The position numbers and the translations under genes are program-made. From Bugula neritina (Eukaryota; Animalia; Bryozoa): DNA of 64,000 bases. Below, piece after piece: positions 25,958-39,906 of this stretch. The notes beneath the pieces are model-generated. The model worked only from the letters and a program-made list of their open reading frames with translations, was not told the DNA's origin and did no database searches. Each line of letters starts with the position of its first letter. Position 1 is the first letter of the stretch. The DNA is taken from positions 13,873,801 to 13,937,800 of the forward strand of contig OZ037767.1 of NCBI GenBank assembly GCA_964035545.1. Reading direction: 5' to 3'.

Positions 25958-26231
25958 TACTAGTTACTTACTTCTAATACTTACTATTAGTTGCTTACTA
26001 CCAGTTACTTACTACTAGTTACTTACTTTAAGTTACTTACTACTAGCTACTTACTATTGATTGCTTACTACTAGCTACTTACTATTAATTACTTACTTTA
26101 AGTTACTTACTACTAGTTACTTACTTTAAGTTACTTACTACTAGTTACATACTACTAGTTACTTACTACCAGTTACATACTACTAGTTACTTACTACTAG
26201 CTACTTACTACTAGCTACTTACTACTAGCTA
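25958..26231. repeat. 14-bp minisatellite (TTACTTACTACTAG) x about 19
   Basis: Direct inspection. Confidence 0.85.
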
Positions 26232-28213
26232 TCCCAAGGTAATGTATTATTTTGATGAAAAAAAACATTTTAATCCCACTATCTATCATTATGAAAAGTT
26301 TCCCTTGCTAATATTAGTGTAGTCGTAGATTCAAAAATCCCAGGAATGTCATGACTACTCAAAATAGTAAATTAATGACCCATTTACACTTGAAACTAAG
26401 ATCTGCAGACAGAAAAGACAATCTGTAGACATAACACAAGTTAAGTAGGTTTCATAAAGACAATTGGCTTATAAAGCTGAACTTTTGAACGACCATTAAA
26501 CCTATAAATATAATTAGCTAAAGTTCATTTAGTCATGCTGATGGTTGCAAATACATTATTAACCTGCTGAGTCGTTGCAATATAATTATGACATGAGTTG
26601 CCAAATTTCAGCTCGATCTATTATTTGACTGTAAGTTTATTATTATATGAATTCTCAGCCCTAGATCTCAATTGCATTCACGAACATCAGTTTGAAACGT
26701 GAAACTTAGAAGAGAAAGCTTCAATGATTTAATTTCAGTTAACTTAGGCTAGATCAAAGTGAAAATAGTTAAAGTAAAGGTAATGGCCTCAGATAATGGC
26801 TTAGGTGAAGAAACTCCAGCCAAATCAAATAAGACCGACTGCCATCGTGCTTAGCTTAATACTCAATACGTGTAGTAATGTGCAGTTGGTATGAAAAACA
26901 TAAAATAATTGATTTAATTCTGTTTTTATGAAATTTAAATACAACTATTATCAGTTAATGAGAGAACTAGAGTAATATGGAAACCATAGACCCTCTACTA
27001 AATAAAATAAAACTGCTAAGGTTACCTTTTGGATTAGAACTAAGCTATTATGCAATCTGCTTTGAAGATTTTCAATAAAAACCTGCAATTATGTCTATAG
27101 AAAGCTTGAAAGTTACATACTTCTTGGATGAGCGAAACAGTTTCACTCATATAGGTATTAAATGCTTAAGATTATAAAATAGTGCAACATTTGTCGTCAC
27201 ACCAAAACACTGAAATCTAAACATCTAATGTTCAAGTTTGTATCTAAGAATACAAAATCCCACAAGCTTTAAATTTTGAAAACCCTAAAAAACATACTTT
27301 TATTTCACTGCAATAGCAAATTAATAACTATCTGCAATCAAAAATGGACTATTCTTTGTAGTTTTTGAATATAAACCTCATGAATAAATGAAAATTGGTA
27401 ACTATTGAAACTAAATAAAATTATTATCATTAGAGCTGGGTCACAGTGCTAGGTTAAGTCAATGACTAACCAAGATAATACAAGAAAATTCATGTCAAGT
27501 TAACCAATAACTAAGTCAATATAAAGCCAGTACTTGATTAAGTCGTAGTGCTAATATAAAATATTACATACAATAATAGAAATTGGTGATTAGTCAAAAA
27601 AAGATTTGAAGAAGTTAAATAAAGAAATAATGATTTTTAAGATCTAAATATTATACAAATTGAAATTTATAGGCTTTTAATTACCTTGTGATGCTCAACT
27701 CAGTTGCAAAATACAACTAATTTTACCTACTTAAAGCAATTACAAGGTCAACCAATAGTTTGGAACATCCATTTTAGCACCATAGACTTACTTAAATAAA
27801 AATATGTACTCACTATGCGTGTAACTTGTCTTAAGTCCTTACTAAAATGCGCTATCCATAGCACTGTTATCTAAAGTTAAACTAATCCTGACCCAAATCA
27901 CTGAAACAAGCACTGCTGTGTGCTGTTTCTATTGTTGAAGTGAAACTGAAAGCCACATTAGAGAGCTTTTGACCTCTGAAACAAGGTGTATTTTGTTTTC
28001 ATTTCTAACTACTTTATGTAGCTCAACTATTTTTCACAATTGTCTGAAAACTCCTATAACACCGAAATTATTTGATTGTAAATTTAGCACAGCAAAGACT
28101 AAGTTAAAAATTCTGCTAATAAAAGTAGCTATTTAGTATAGACCCCATCACACTTTTTAATCAAGTTGTTTGGGTACTATTATTTCCCTAACCTACCAAG
28201 AGCTTTTCACCTA

Positions 28214-29995
28214 CAGTGCTGTGAAAAAGTTTAAGGACGCCTCATTGTTTTCCATAATAGCAATGTTCCAAGCTAATTTTAAGGCATGACAAATGCATTT
28301 CCATAGGCATGATACCTATCAAAATGATCCTTAAGATCTCCTTATCTCATTTATATAAATTATTAGTGTCTCTTTTCACTTCCTTCCAAAATTTGGGTGA
28401 AATAATGAGATACTATGCATATATGGGAATTATTCAATGTTCTCACAATTTGTGTGTACTGTAGGATATCAGAATATTTTACTTGAAACATAGAAAAATA
28501 TTGTATGTGATTTGTTTTACACATTATAGCAGCATTGCAACACACAGTGCTTTAAATTTTAGTATTAATTTTTTGTGGGCCAGCCTTTATTCTCAATCAC
28601 TAGTCGGCAGCGACGAGGCATCGACTCGTACAGCTTCTCCAACTCGTTTCCAGTCACCACATGATGCCATGCATGAATTACAAGCTCTATGAGTGTCACC
28701 TTAGTTGTTGGCTTCTGTGAAGAGACTATTTTAGCCATTCTTGACCATGAATTTCTTATTGGGTTCAAGTCCCGGCTTTGGGCTGGCCAGTTAAGCGTTG
28801 AGACCCTCTGCTTTTTCATCCACTCTTTAACAGTTTTTGCCCAATGGCATGGTGCATTGTCATCTTCAAATATGTTAATTTCATTTAAAAAGAAGTTTTT
28901 TTATGATTGGAAGAAGTTTAGCATTGAGATTCTCTATATATTTTTGGGCATTAACATCATTTTAAAGCAATTACTGAGTCGACCTACACCTTTTGATGTT
29001 ATACAACCCCAGAACATAACACTGATAGGGTGCTTAATTGTTGTAAGAATACATTAGGGGTTATATTCCTCATACTGATATCTTCTAACAACACAGTTTC
29101 CAGCATGATTGTTCACATTAAATGTAGATTTATCTGAAATAATTACTTTTTTCTAATCATTCACTGTCTAACTACCAAGCTCCTTGGCCCACCGTAGCCG
29201 GTTTTTTCGCTACTTCTCGGTTAGTAGAGGCTTCCTTCTTGCTTTGCAGACACATAGACCATGGCTCAGCAGTCTTCGCCTTATCAGGGATGTCGAAGCT
29301 GTTGTTCCTGTTGATTCTGATCATTCTTTGCCAACTCAGGACTTGTTTTATGGCAATCTTTCTTGCTGATCCTAATGAAAACCTTGTCATCTCCGAGTGT
29401 GCTTATTCTTGGTCGTCCACTTTCAGGTCGATCTGTTACACTGCCAGTCTCCATGAATTTCTTGATAATTTGATAAACAATTGTCTTTGCTTTGCCAACC
29501 TTTTCAGATATTTTCCTAATTGAATAACCTTCGTTATGCAAAAAAATTATTACAAACCTTGCTTTTGAAGTAAGATTTACAGCTCTCATTTTGTCTATGC
29601 GCAGCACCTAAGTGGACACCATGTAAAAGCTTACAACTAAATGACAGATTTTAAATTATGGAAGAAAGTCATACTTTATGGTATCATGATGCCATGTACA
29701 AAGTCAAATTTCACTGTTTAGCCTTTTGTGATTATCAGAAACGATAAACTTTGGAAACATAAAAACACAGGAGTTGCGCTTTCCTAGCTGCTTGTATAGT
29801 TAGCCCGAAAATAGGTAGAAAACATCACAGCAGTAGGAATTTATATGGTGGGAATTGTAGTGCACATTCTAGGGGTCATTTTGATATATAGAACTTGCAG
29901 GAAAATACTAAGAACTTCCAAGAAATGCCTAATAAACAATACATAGAAATACATAGAAATTTTTGCAAGCGTCCTTAAACTTTTTCACAGCACTG
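28214..29995 (-). mobile_element. Full-length Tc1/mariner DNA transposon with decayed transposase
   Basis: Perfect 27-bp TIRs CAGTGCTGTGAAAAAGTTTAAGGACGC and TA target duplication on both sides. Confidence 0.95.
28565..29607 (-). pseudogene. Tc1-family transposase pseudogene
   Basis: HTH region (EGYSIRKISEKVGKAKTIV...RPESGRPR), IISDKS, EDDNAPCH and WPAQSRDLNPIRNSW motifs, split across frames by frameshifts and stops. The catalytic E of the NPIEN motif is replaced by R. Confidence 0.9.
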
Positions 29996-32900
29996 TACAT
30001 CTATAAAACTAGTACAGTGTTGCAAGCTTTCAGCAACCATTTCAATAAAACATTTTTTAACAGGTCAAACTACTTGCCATCTATATTGTGTTCTTAGGAA
30101 TAGTATCTAAAATAATAATAATTTGTATAAATTTGTAAGTCTACCTATTTTGAAACTGATACTGATACGTATTCGTAAAACATTGAAATGCTACTACAAT
30201 AGCATCTCAAGAAAGAAAATCCAGCTATTTAACTTTAGCTAATTCCAAATTTCTACTTGTTCAACTTTCAAAGCCTTTCAACAGGCTGATTACAACTTGC
30301 ATATCAAATAGTTGAGCAAGTCAAACCGTTGAGGTGTGGTATTTCGAGTCAATGTGATTTGAACCTAACTCTGATTACTGCAAGGAATAGCTTGTGAAAA
30401 ACAGCTGAAGATTACATTAAGTGTTTTGGATTTTTTCCAAAATAGTTATTACTTTGATTAACATCAGCGAAATTGAAACAATTATTTGCATACAAGACTA
30501 GGTACTGAAAACAATTGCAAATTTTAAGATAATCATTGATTTTATATCGTATGTATCATAAGGGTAATATGTAATATAGACAATCTAATGGTCCTATGAA
30601 TGATTTTACTAAAACATTTCAATTCTATATGACTACAATTATTATTAAAAGTTACTACTAGTACTTAGACATAAGCTTTATCAACATTGCCTATTGGCAT
30701 ATTTAAGATTTAGAATTATTAGTATCTACATGTACATATGTATTGATAAATATCTTAGTATTGATATTAACACATTGATTCTAGTTATTATTGCTATGAT
30801 AACCAAATGGAATACTCATACTGGTAAGACCACAAATGTAGAATTGCTATATTTGTAGAAATAAAATAATTAAAATCATAATAGCTATCATTGAAATTAT
30901 TTTAATTACAAATAATTCATAATTAACAGTTAAATAACTTTAATTAATTTTTAATGGTACTCATACTTATAGTATAAATGGCAATCATCAATGATTCTAT
31001 TGTTAAATACTGGCATATTCAACATTATCCATAATGCATTAGGCTAATTAATTTTAATTTACTTTTAGCTGTAATTATGATGTTAAAAAGCTGAAAAAGC
31101 TAAAACCAAAAACTCCAAGCACACAATGACAAATAAGCTTAAGGATTGAACTCACTAAAGAGTATAGATAATGATTATGTTAACTTTAAGTTATATGAAC
31201 ATAACTATTAGTAAAAGTAATAGTATGGCAGATTATTATCATCATGGTCAGCATCACTTTATGGTGGTATACAACTATGACTATCATCAGCATTAATATT
31301 ACTGTTAGTAAGTAAGTATTAGCATTACTAATACTATTAGCCTTCGTATCAATTTTAAATGAACGATTAATAATCATACAAAAAACTTTAAAAAAGAAGT
31401 AATGATTGGTTATCATTATTAATTTATTATAAGTATCATTACCATAATAACTATTCCAAAATTCAGCTTACAGTTATTGTAAAAAAAGTAAAACCAATTC
31501 TAGAATTGAATCAGTATCACCAAAGTCTACATAATAATATGTAACATAAAGTTAGTACTAGTTAAGATTACGACCAACAGCCACATGTTTATTTTATTAT
31601 TTAAAATAAATATCATGTCCAATATCCTTGAAAAATAAAGTGAAATTAAACTATGATTATGAAATTAAAACACCTGAATGAGCTGAATTTCAAGCTCAAT
31701 AACCAATAATTAGCGGAATACGTATTCTAATGCCAGTAGACTTTGCTGAGTGACTTGCATTGTGATTGAGTGATTGACATTAGCCATTAGGTGATTAACA
31801 ATAAGTAGAACATTAATATTAACTTTTTATTTCCAGTTTCGTTTTTAGGTGCCATTTTCAATTTATTTTGATTTTCACATTGATTTTGAAGTTTGACCTT
31901 CTGGTTCTAACTACTAATAGAAAACTAAACCTAAAAGAAGTAAAACCAAAATTAAATTAAGATACGTTTAAACTTTAATTACTATCGCATCACTTGCAGT
32001 GCTAACTTTAGGGTCCCAACACTAACAGTAACTCAAACTGAAACTGACTCTGAGAAAGTGACTCTGACTCTCACTCTCTGTAAGGCCAAGAGTAAGTCAA
32101 ATTGAAATTGTAACACATAATCATATTCATATTGATTATTGGTATTCATAGTCATAGTCAGTATCATAGTGATTGTCTAAGTCACGTTGATATTCATAAT
32201 TCATATTGACAGTCATCATCATAATGATTATGATAATCAGAATGAAAATGATATTCAATTTCGTATTCACTATCACTATGACTATGAGTATGAGTATGAC
32301 TATTGTCAAATGTATTGTCGTATTGAATTTCAATTTGAATTTGCAATATAAATTAAAATATTATTATTTGAAAACTAATAGTAATACTAGCATTATCTTA
32401 TTTTGCTAACAAAAAAGTGTTTCTAAAAAATTATTTCCACTGGAGCGATTAAAATAGCAATCACCTTGCGTTTATTATTGTCAACCAACTGCTACTGGTA
32501 TCTGATAAACATGTTCGTAATGGCTGAAAGTGAACTAGCTAAATGTTCTGACTGAAGGCAAGGAACGTATTTCACATATAGCCTAATTTCATACATGCAA
32601 GGTCGAACAAGGACACCGGGTGTATTGATTTATTTTCTACTGTGTTTAAAATATTAGTCTGCACACGTTTCACCCGCAATATTTTAGTCTAATAATAATG
32701 AGCTGAAAGGTCAAGGAAAGAATGTCCTATCGACATCGTTCAAATGTGTTGCTACTAATTACGTAACTTGTCTATGTTCAACTATGAGAAAGTAAAAGTA
32801 ATGAAATAATATTTATATTGACATTGCTTTATCAAACACGAACAAACATCATGTGTAAACTAAGATACATTGAAAATGAATTTGAAGTTGAATTCGATGT

Positions 32901-34509
32901 TCGACTTTCACTTACTCTTACTCTTACTCTTAGTCTTAGAGTTAGTGTTTCAGTTCAAGTTTCACTCAACTACATGTCATTATCATAATGATTATCTTTA
33001 AGTTTATGTGACTGTTCAAAATGTATGCTCATGTTGTAACTAACTGTTTACATATTCATATTGCCTTTTGTATTTTTAAGTCGCTGTGCTTGATCATGAT
33101 GTTCGACTATCCCTATTTTCTTTTCTAAATTGTATTTTACTTTGTTTATTATTACTTTTGTTTATAGTTGTAGTGAATTTATATTTGATTTTACACTCAA
33201 TCTCATGGCCACAATGATTGTTTTGTGTAATATATTAATTTTAGATATATTTTTATATTCTAGAATATTATCGCTACATTCTAGGGCCTAGAGAGTGCGA
33301 GAGAATTGTAGGAACTATTACTATTCCTATTAGTATTAAACTATTATAACAATTTACTTGTAGACTTATCAATTTTTTACTTGCCAACACATCACAAACT
33401 TGAAACTTGAACATCATAGAGTGACGATTATAAGCATAATGATAATTTAGATGTTTTATTTGATCAAAAGAATTTACTAATTATAATGTTTCTTTTAAAT
33501 ATTACTGCAACTATTAGTATTACTATTATTAATTTAGTTATTAAACTTATGGTTAAATGCAAGTTGAAGTTGAACTAACTCCTAGTTCTAGTCTATGCCA
33601 GTATTAATGTGAGTATGCTGTGTAGATATTTTGTTTTTATTTTCAGCTAATATTATTTTAAATTTTATATTCATTAAATTTAATAGAACCTAAACTGACA
33701 CTGGTCAGTTAATTGTCATTCTCAATATTAATATAGGTAACGAAGTTAGTTTCAACATGATGGTTAATTTTTTGTGACTATCTAATTCCTTTAATCATTT
33801 TGGTATAACTATTAGTTACACTCACACTATCATCATTACCATCACATCAGTGCAGTTTTAGTAGAAGTTATAATTTGTTACAACTGTTAACAGAGTACTC
33901 TATTTAGAATATTTTGTTCAATTCTTAGCCCTAATGCAGCAGCATAGTGTGGTTTAGTTTGCGGGTGTTTCTTGTCAAATCCCAGTTTTGTGGTTGGAAG
34001 AAAAAAAATATCAAAGTAGTTTATAGCAAACATTCTAAAATAAAGTTTGGCCATCTTTAAGTTGCCGCTTGCATGAACGCAAAAACTGTGTCCCTAATTC
34101 TATCGTAGTGCAGAATCCACTCCATATGAAGAATTTAAGGAGCAAACATATTTTATTTTTTAAGTAACTTGATTTGTAGCTGGTCTTTTGGTTCAAATAG
34201 ACTATTTGTTAGACATTTTTAAATTCATTTGGAAATGAAATATTTATTACTAAATAATTTTATGAGACAAAGTTTGCATTTCTCGAAATAGTTTTACATA
34301 TTATATGCAAGCATTGGTCTTTTTTTGTGCACTGTGCAAAAGTTATACATTTTTCTTATTTGTAATTTGAACTGTTAAATACATTGATGGACGTCACATG
34401 AGAGTAAGTGCACGTCTTACCATACGACTATCTAATCAGTGACTAAATTCATCAACTTCTTCGTTCCAGATGGTGATCCGTCCATATCTTGCATGCTGAC
34501 ACACTCATA

Positions 34510-35799
34510 ATGCATTGCTTTGTGACAGTCGGCACTACAAAGTTTGATGGGTTGGTAAAGGAAGTGGCTCGACTGGAATTTATGGAGGTGACGACTTCTT
34601 TTGCTTTGATTTTTGAATGTAGAGTTTAATGTTTGTAATGAAGGCATCAGTTTCAAAAACAGCTGTGTTGTTTATTATTTCTGCCTGCAATGGGCCACAA
34701 CAAATAACAACAGTAATGTGACATTTAAAAATAAAACAATTTGTTGTTCTGTGCACTTTGTAGTATTCGTTAGGCTTCATGGGTGGTAAAATGCAAATAT
34801 TTAATGAATAATGGATTTCCTGTTCCAGGCTCTTTATGAGAAAGGCTACAGAAGCCTGTGTATTCAAGCAGGAAGCGGTGAAGTTAGTGAAGAGATGTTG
34901 ACTAGAGCCAAGGCTAAACTTTCTGGTTTGGAAGTCAACTGGTTCCAGTACAAGCCCAATATTCTAGCTGACATCAGCGCTGCCGATCTAGTTATTAGTC
35001 ATGCCGGTAGGAAACCCTTCCGGTTGTTAGACATTTTTGTACTGTTAGACATCTTTGTACTGTGAAATATCTTTGCACTGTTTGTTTCTGTAGATCAAGT
35101 TCATCTCTAGTAAATGAGTAGGTTCTATACACCATATTATGATGTAATATCCTGTATAATATTTTCAGCTCTTTCATGTTACATCAACCTCTCATTTACC
35201 AAGTTTTCTTACGATATTTACTCGTTTTTCGTTAACTTCCAACTCCCGGATTTCCTATGCTGCAGCATCACATACTTTTTAATATTTTCAGTAAAATTGG
35301 TTCGAAAAAAACAAAAAATTATATTGTTTGCATAGGTGCCGGTAGCTGTCTAGAAATTATGCATGCTAACAAGCCTTGCATAGTCGTGGTGAATGATAAA
35401 TTAATGGGAAATCACCAGGTTGAGTTGGCTGAGAAGTTATCTTCTCTTGGTCACGCTGAATACACTACACCTAGGTTGGTATAAGTCTTATGCCCTTAAT
35501 ATTTTAAAACGTTGTAGCATAGTTTTGAAATGCGAACTAATTACTGGAAATACCGATAATTTGAGTATTGGAAAATCCACACTGTCACAAAACTAAAGCT
35601 GGGCTATTATTATCGCTACATTTTTTTTTAATGCATAAAAAAATTTCAAGTATTAAGTTTTCAAATTTCTATTTTTAGTCATCTCATAGAGACAGTACAA
35701 AGTTTCAAGAGTGAAAATCTGTTGCCGTATGAGCCAGGTGATCCGAAGAGGCTTAGTAAGCACTTGCACCAACTTATGGGCCTTCTATATTCTGAATAA
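34510..35799 (+). CDS. ALG13: ALG13 UDP-GlcNAc transferase catalytic subunit, short GT28-C-only form, 171 aa
   Basis: Exons 34510-34587, 34829-35006, 35336-35474, 35679-35799. Motifs [44 protein letters not shown]. Confidence 0.95.
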
Positions 35800-36649
35800 A
35801 CCTATTCAACTATTCTATATTATTTAATGAGTTTGTAATACTCATCATTTCAGCTTTTCATAACCTACATTCAACGGACATAAACTTTGCTCATAATAAT
35901 AGAGTTGAGCATAATTTTCAAGAAGTGTGTCATCTTTAAGAGTTATCTTCTCACTGGAAAACAATTCTTTTTTTCCTGTCTAATAACAGTGTTGAATTAG
36001 TCTGTTGTATTTTAAATTAAGTCATTATTTTTTCTCAGAAGAATCATCTTTAAATGTGAAATATTTGTGGGACGCAAGAATCTAACTTAGCTGCATTATA
36101 TACAATCTTCACTGTAAATTTGTCTAGAAGGTTATATTCAACTAGTCAAATCACCAATCACTATGATTATGTTCAAGGAATAAAGTACTTTCTAAAAAGT
36201 CATAGCTTTGTCAGTCCTATAAATTGACCTCATTTCTGGAATGTTCAATTACTATTCAGCTGTCTAAATCTTTCATGTCATGAATATTGGTATGCATAGG
36301 CTTTTAATTTGTCAAATAATCTATCTCCTTTGAGATTTCGGGCTTTTAGGGGCAGGTGCTTGTTTCATATGGATAGTGGAGAGGATGTTAAAACCTCTTT
36401 CCCCCTTTTCTTTAGCTGCAGCAGGTAAATTAGGTTCAACGATAACAGTAAATACAACAATTGGGCAACTTTAAAGTTTTTAAGTTCAATGTAACAAAGC
36501 ATAGCTCTGCATTTAACAATGAATTAAATTCAACAATTAGTATACATTATGTTCTGACGTCATGTATAACATAAAGAGGCGTATTGAAGTATCTCTTTAG
36601 TTGAGAAAGTGTCATGTGCAGCTAATCTGAGAGTCTAGAATATTCCACA

Positions 36650-39600
36650 ATGTCTGAGGAAGATTTGTCGGATTATTATATTGAAGAGGAAACGTGAGTC
36701 ACCTCCCCCCTTCTATCTTCTTCGTGTGTTCTTACTAATTGTACTTTTCCTACAATATTTTCAATTCAATGAATTATAATTCACATTATTTTGTTGAGAT
36801 TAAGAACCGTTCTAAGTGTATTTAGTTTTATTAGCCAGCGAGTTAATCGAATAAAATAATATATACTGCTTGAGGGGTTAGATCATTTGCTTAGTAGTCA
36901 TGGGTTCAAACCCGACAAAGGCCATTGGTTATGTTAGGAAGAGCATCCAGTCATAATTGCTCCTTTGCTCCATCTGGTTAAGTCCTTTGCTCGATTTAAC
37001 AAAAAAACCTTCTATCAGGTTTTCTCACAGGGATGGTGACTATAAACTTGCGGGAGTTTTATTCTTGAACCACCAGGTCCATCTAATTTAACTCACTAAC
37101 AATGAAAGATAACTCTTAAGAAACTGCCTTATGCACAACAATTCATGGAAAGATAACTACTAATCTATTTGACTTGTGAAATTGTTGAGGATTTGAAAAG
37201 CATGTAAAATAGAGTAGAATAAAAATTGCTTGCCATTTATTTTTGAATTAAAACATGAGTGACATACACAAGTTTTCTTGTGGTCTTCGTATAGGTGTAA
37301 GTGCACATATCTCCGGTCTGTGTGTGACAAGATATTCCCCTGTGTTGTGGTGCCGGGACGCCAGCCCATTCCGCAGTCTCTTTGGAGAAGGCTATGGTAC
37401 GAAGGAACTTATCCTAACACCTTTGTGAAAAAGATCGTAGGTATGTCATCTTCAATATTATTCTGAATGAAGTTTGAAATGTATAAACTATGGTTATAAA
37501 ATTTAATCTTTTTAAATAAACGAATAAAAAATATAATATAGCTAACTAGTGGAATGTTGAACAGTAATTATAAGGCGATCAGGGAGAGAGGTCAGAAATA
37601 TGATTTCCATTCAGCAAGTTTGTTTTATTTATGATAAATAAATAAGGTTTGAATGCTATGTGATAGATAGACTTGTATTTTATAGTACGATAACCGAATT
37701 GTTGGAAGGCAAAATTCCCTACCCTTATTTTTGTTTTATATTCACATGCAGTTTATAGTTGTTATTTATATACAAAATATATTATCTAAATATTATTTAT
37801 ATTATTTATATTATGTGCTTATTCATTGTAGGGTTTGTTGTTGGTCTGTTAGCCAGTCAGTTTCTACTCTACATAGTACTGATATTCTTCAGATCTCCGC
37901 CGACCAGGGGTGTCATTTCCTGTTTCATCATAGCCACTATTCTACCAATCAGCTTGGCTTTATCTGCTAAAGTCAGGTGTATTTTCGCTCTGGTCATCCC
38001 TACTCTATGCTCTGGTAGGTATTCACTCATCCCTACCCTATGCTCTGGTAGGTATTGACTCATCCCTACTCTATGCTCTGGTAGGTATTCACTCATCCCT
38101 ACCCTACGCTCTGGTAGGTATTAGCTCATCCCTACACTATGCTTTGGTAGGTATTGACTCATCCCTACACTATGCTTTGGTAGGTATTGGTTCATTCCTA
38201 CTCTATGATCTGGTAGGTATTCACTCATCCCTACACTATGCTCTGGTAGGTATTCACTCATTCCTACCCTATGCTCTGGTAGGTATTAGCTCATCCCTAC
38301 TCTATGCTCTGGTAGGTATTGGCTCATTCCTACATTATGCTCTGGTAGGTATTGACTCATCCCTAATTTTAAGTCCATAAAAAATACTGCTGTTTTCAAC
38401 TGATCAATTCTCTACACAGTTTTAAAGATCTTCCTGTTGTTTTATTCCTAAAATCAGTCAACTTATTGTCTTGAATTAAAAGACTGAATTACTTTTTACT
38501 TTTCATCCTTTTACTTTTCAAGAATCCTTTTACTCTACTGAATTAAAAGAATTCCTGCAATAAAGTGATGAGTTACGTTATGAAGCAGCAAGAAAAGCTT
38601 GCTTTTATCTGTAGTGTGGCCGGGGCTTTAAAGTATGAACTTATATGCTTTGAGACTGCATCATCATTATTATAGAACCATTTCACTCACTCAAGTTTAT
38701 AGTCACCACCCCTAGGAGAAACTTATGATAAAAAGGGATTTTTTTAAAGCAGGCTAAAGACTTATTCAAATGTGACACAAGAGCAATTCTGACTGAATGC
38801 TCTTCCTAACATCACCAGTGGACTTTACTGGGGTTTGAACTTTGAACCCATGACTTCCTGTTTACTAAGCAAACACTCTAACCCCTAGACCATGGCTGCT
38901 CCTATTTATTATTATAAAACTATATTATATTATATTATTTATATATTACATTATTGCAGATAAAGGACAGGCTCTGATAATAGCCTACATGCTAGCAGGG
39001 ATTATAGAAGGTCCAATGGAACAGTTTAGTTACAACGCTCAGGTGTTCGCCCTAAGTTCGGTTTGTGGGCAGGACAAGCTGCTGAAAGCTAAAGAGGAAA
39101 CCGTGCAAGCTGCTAAACAGCCTATCATTGGTCAGTTGACTGTATAGTAGCATCAATACTCGGGATAAAACACTGTTTATATTTCGTTTTTTATGTAACT
39201 TTTGTAATTTATACTGAATTTATGTAATCTATAATTTGATGAAATAGTTATTGTGTTATAAAAGCTACAAGTAATGTATTATTGTAATACATTATTGTAT
39301 CGTATAAATGTATTTTATTGTATTGTGCTTTTGTATTATGTTGCTGAGTTTAAAACTAATGTATGTTTATTATAATCAAATTCTGGACTTTGCAATTTAA
39401 AAGACAGTGTAATATAATGTTATATTAACACTGTGTAGCCTGTGTTCCTACAGATATAAGTATATAGTTATATTAACACTGTGTAGCCTGTGTTCTTACA
39501 GATATAAGTATATAGTTATATATCAACGCTGTGTAGCCTGTGTTCCTACAGATATAAATATATAGTTATATTAACACTGTGTAGCCTGTGTTCCTACAGA

Positions 39601-39813
39601 TATAAGTAACAAAGTAGAGAACGTCGTGACGGATATGAAGAAAGTGGCTAAGAAAATGGAGGAACAGTTAGACAAGGCAGTAGAAAGTTTCGACAATGTT
39701 GGTAATTATATTATTGATATATATTATATATAATATATTATTATTTTATATGTATATTACCTACACAGACGCGCCACACACACACGCAGACGCACACCAC
39801 GCACGCACGCACA

Positions 39814-39906
<93 letters not shown>

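Noticed and set aside
37994-38365. CRISPR-like array (also 22918-23166 and 56105-56985)
   Set aside because: Units are head-to-tail with no unique spacers, there are no cas genes, and the context is eukaryotic.
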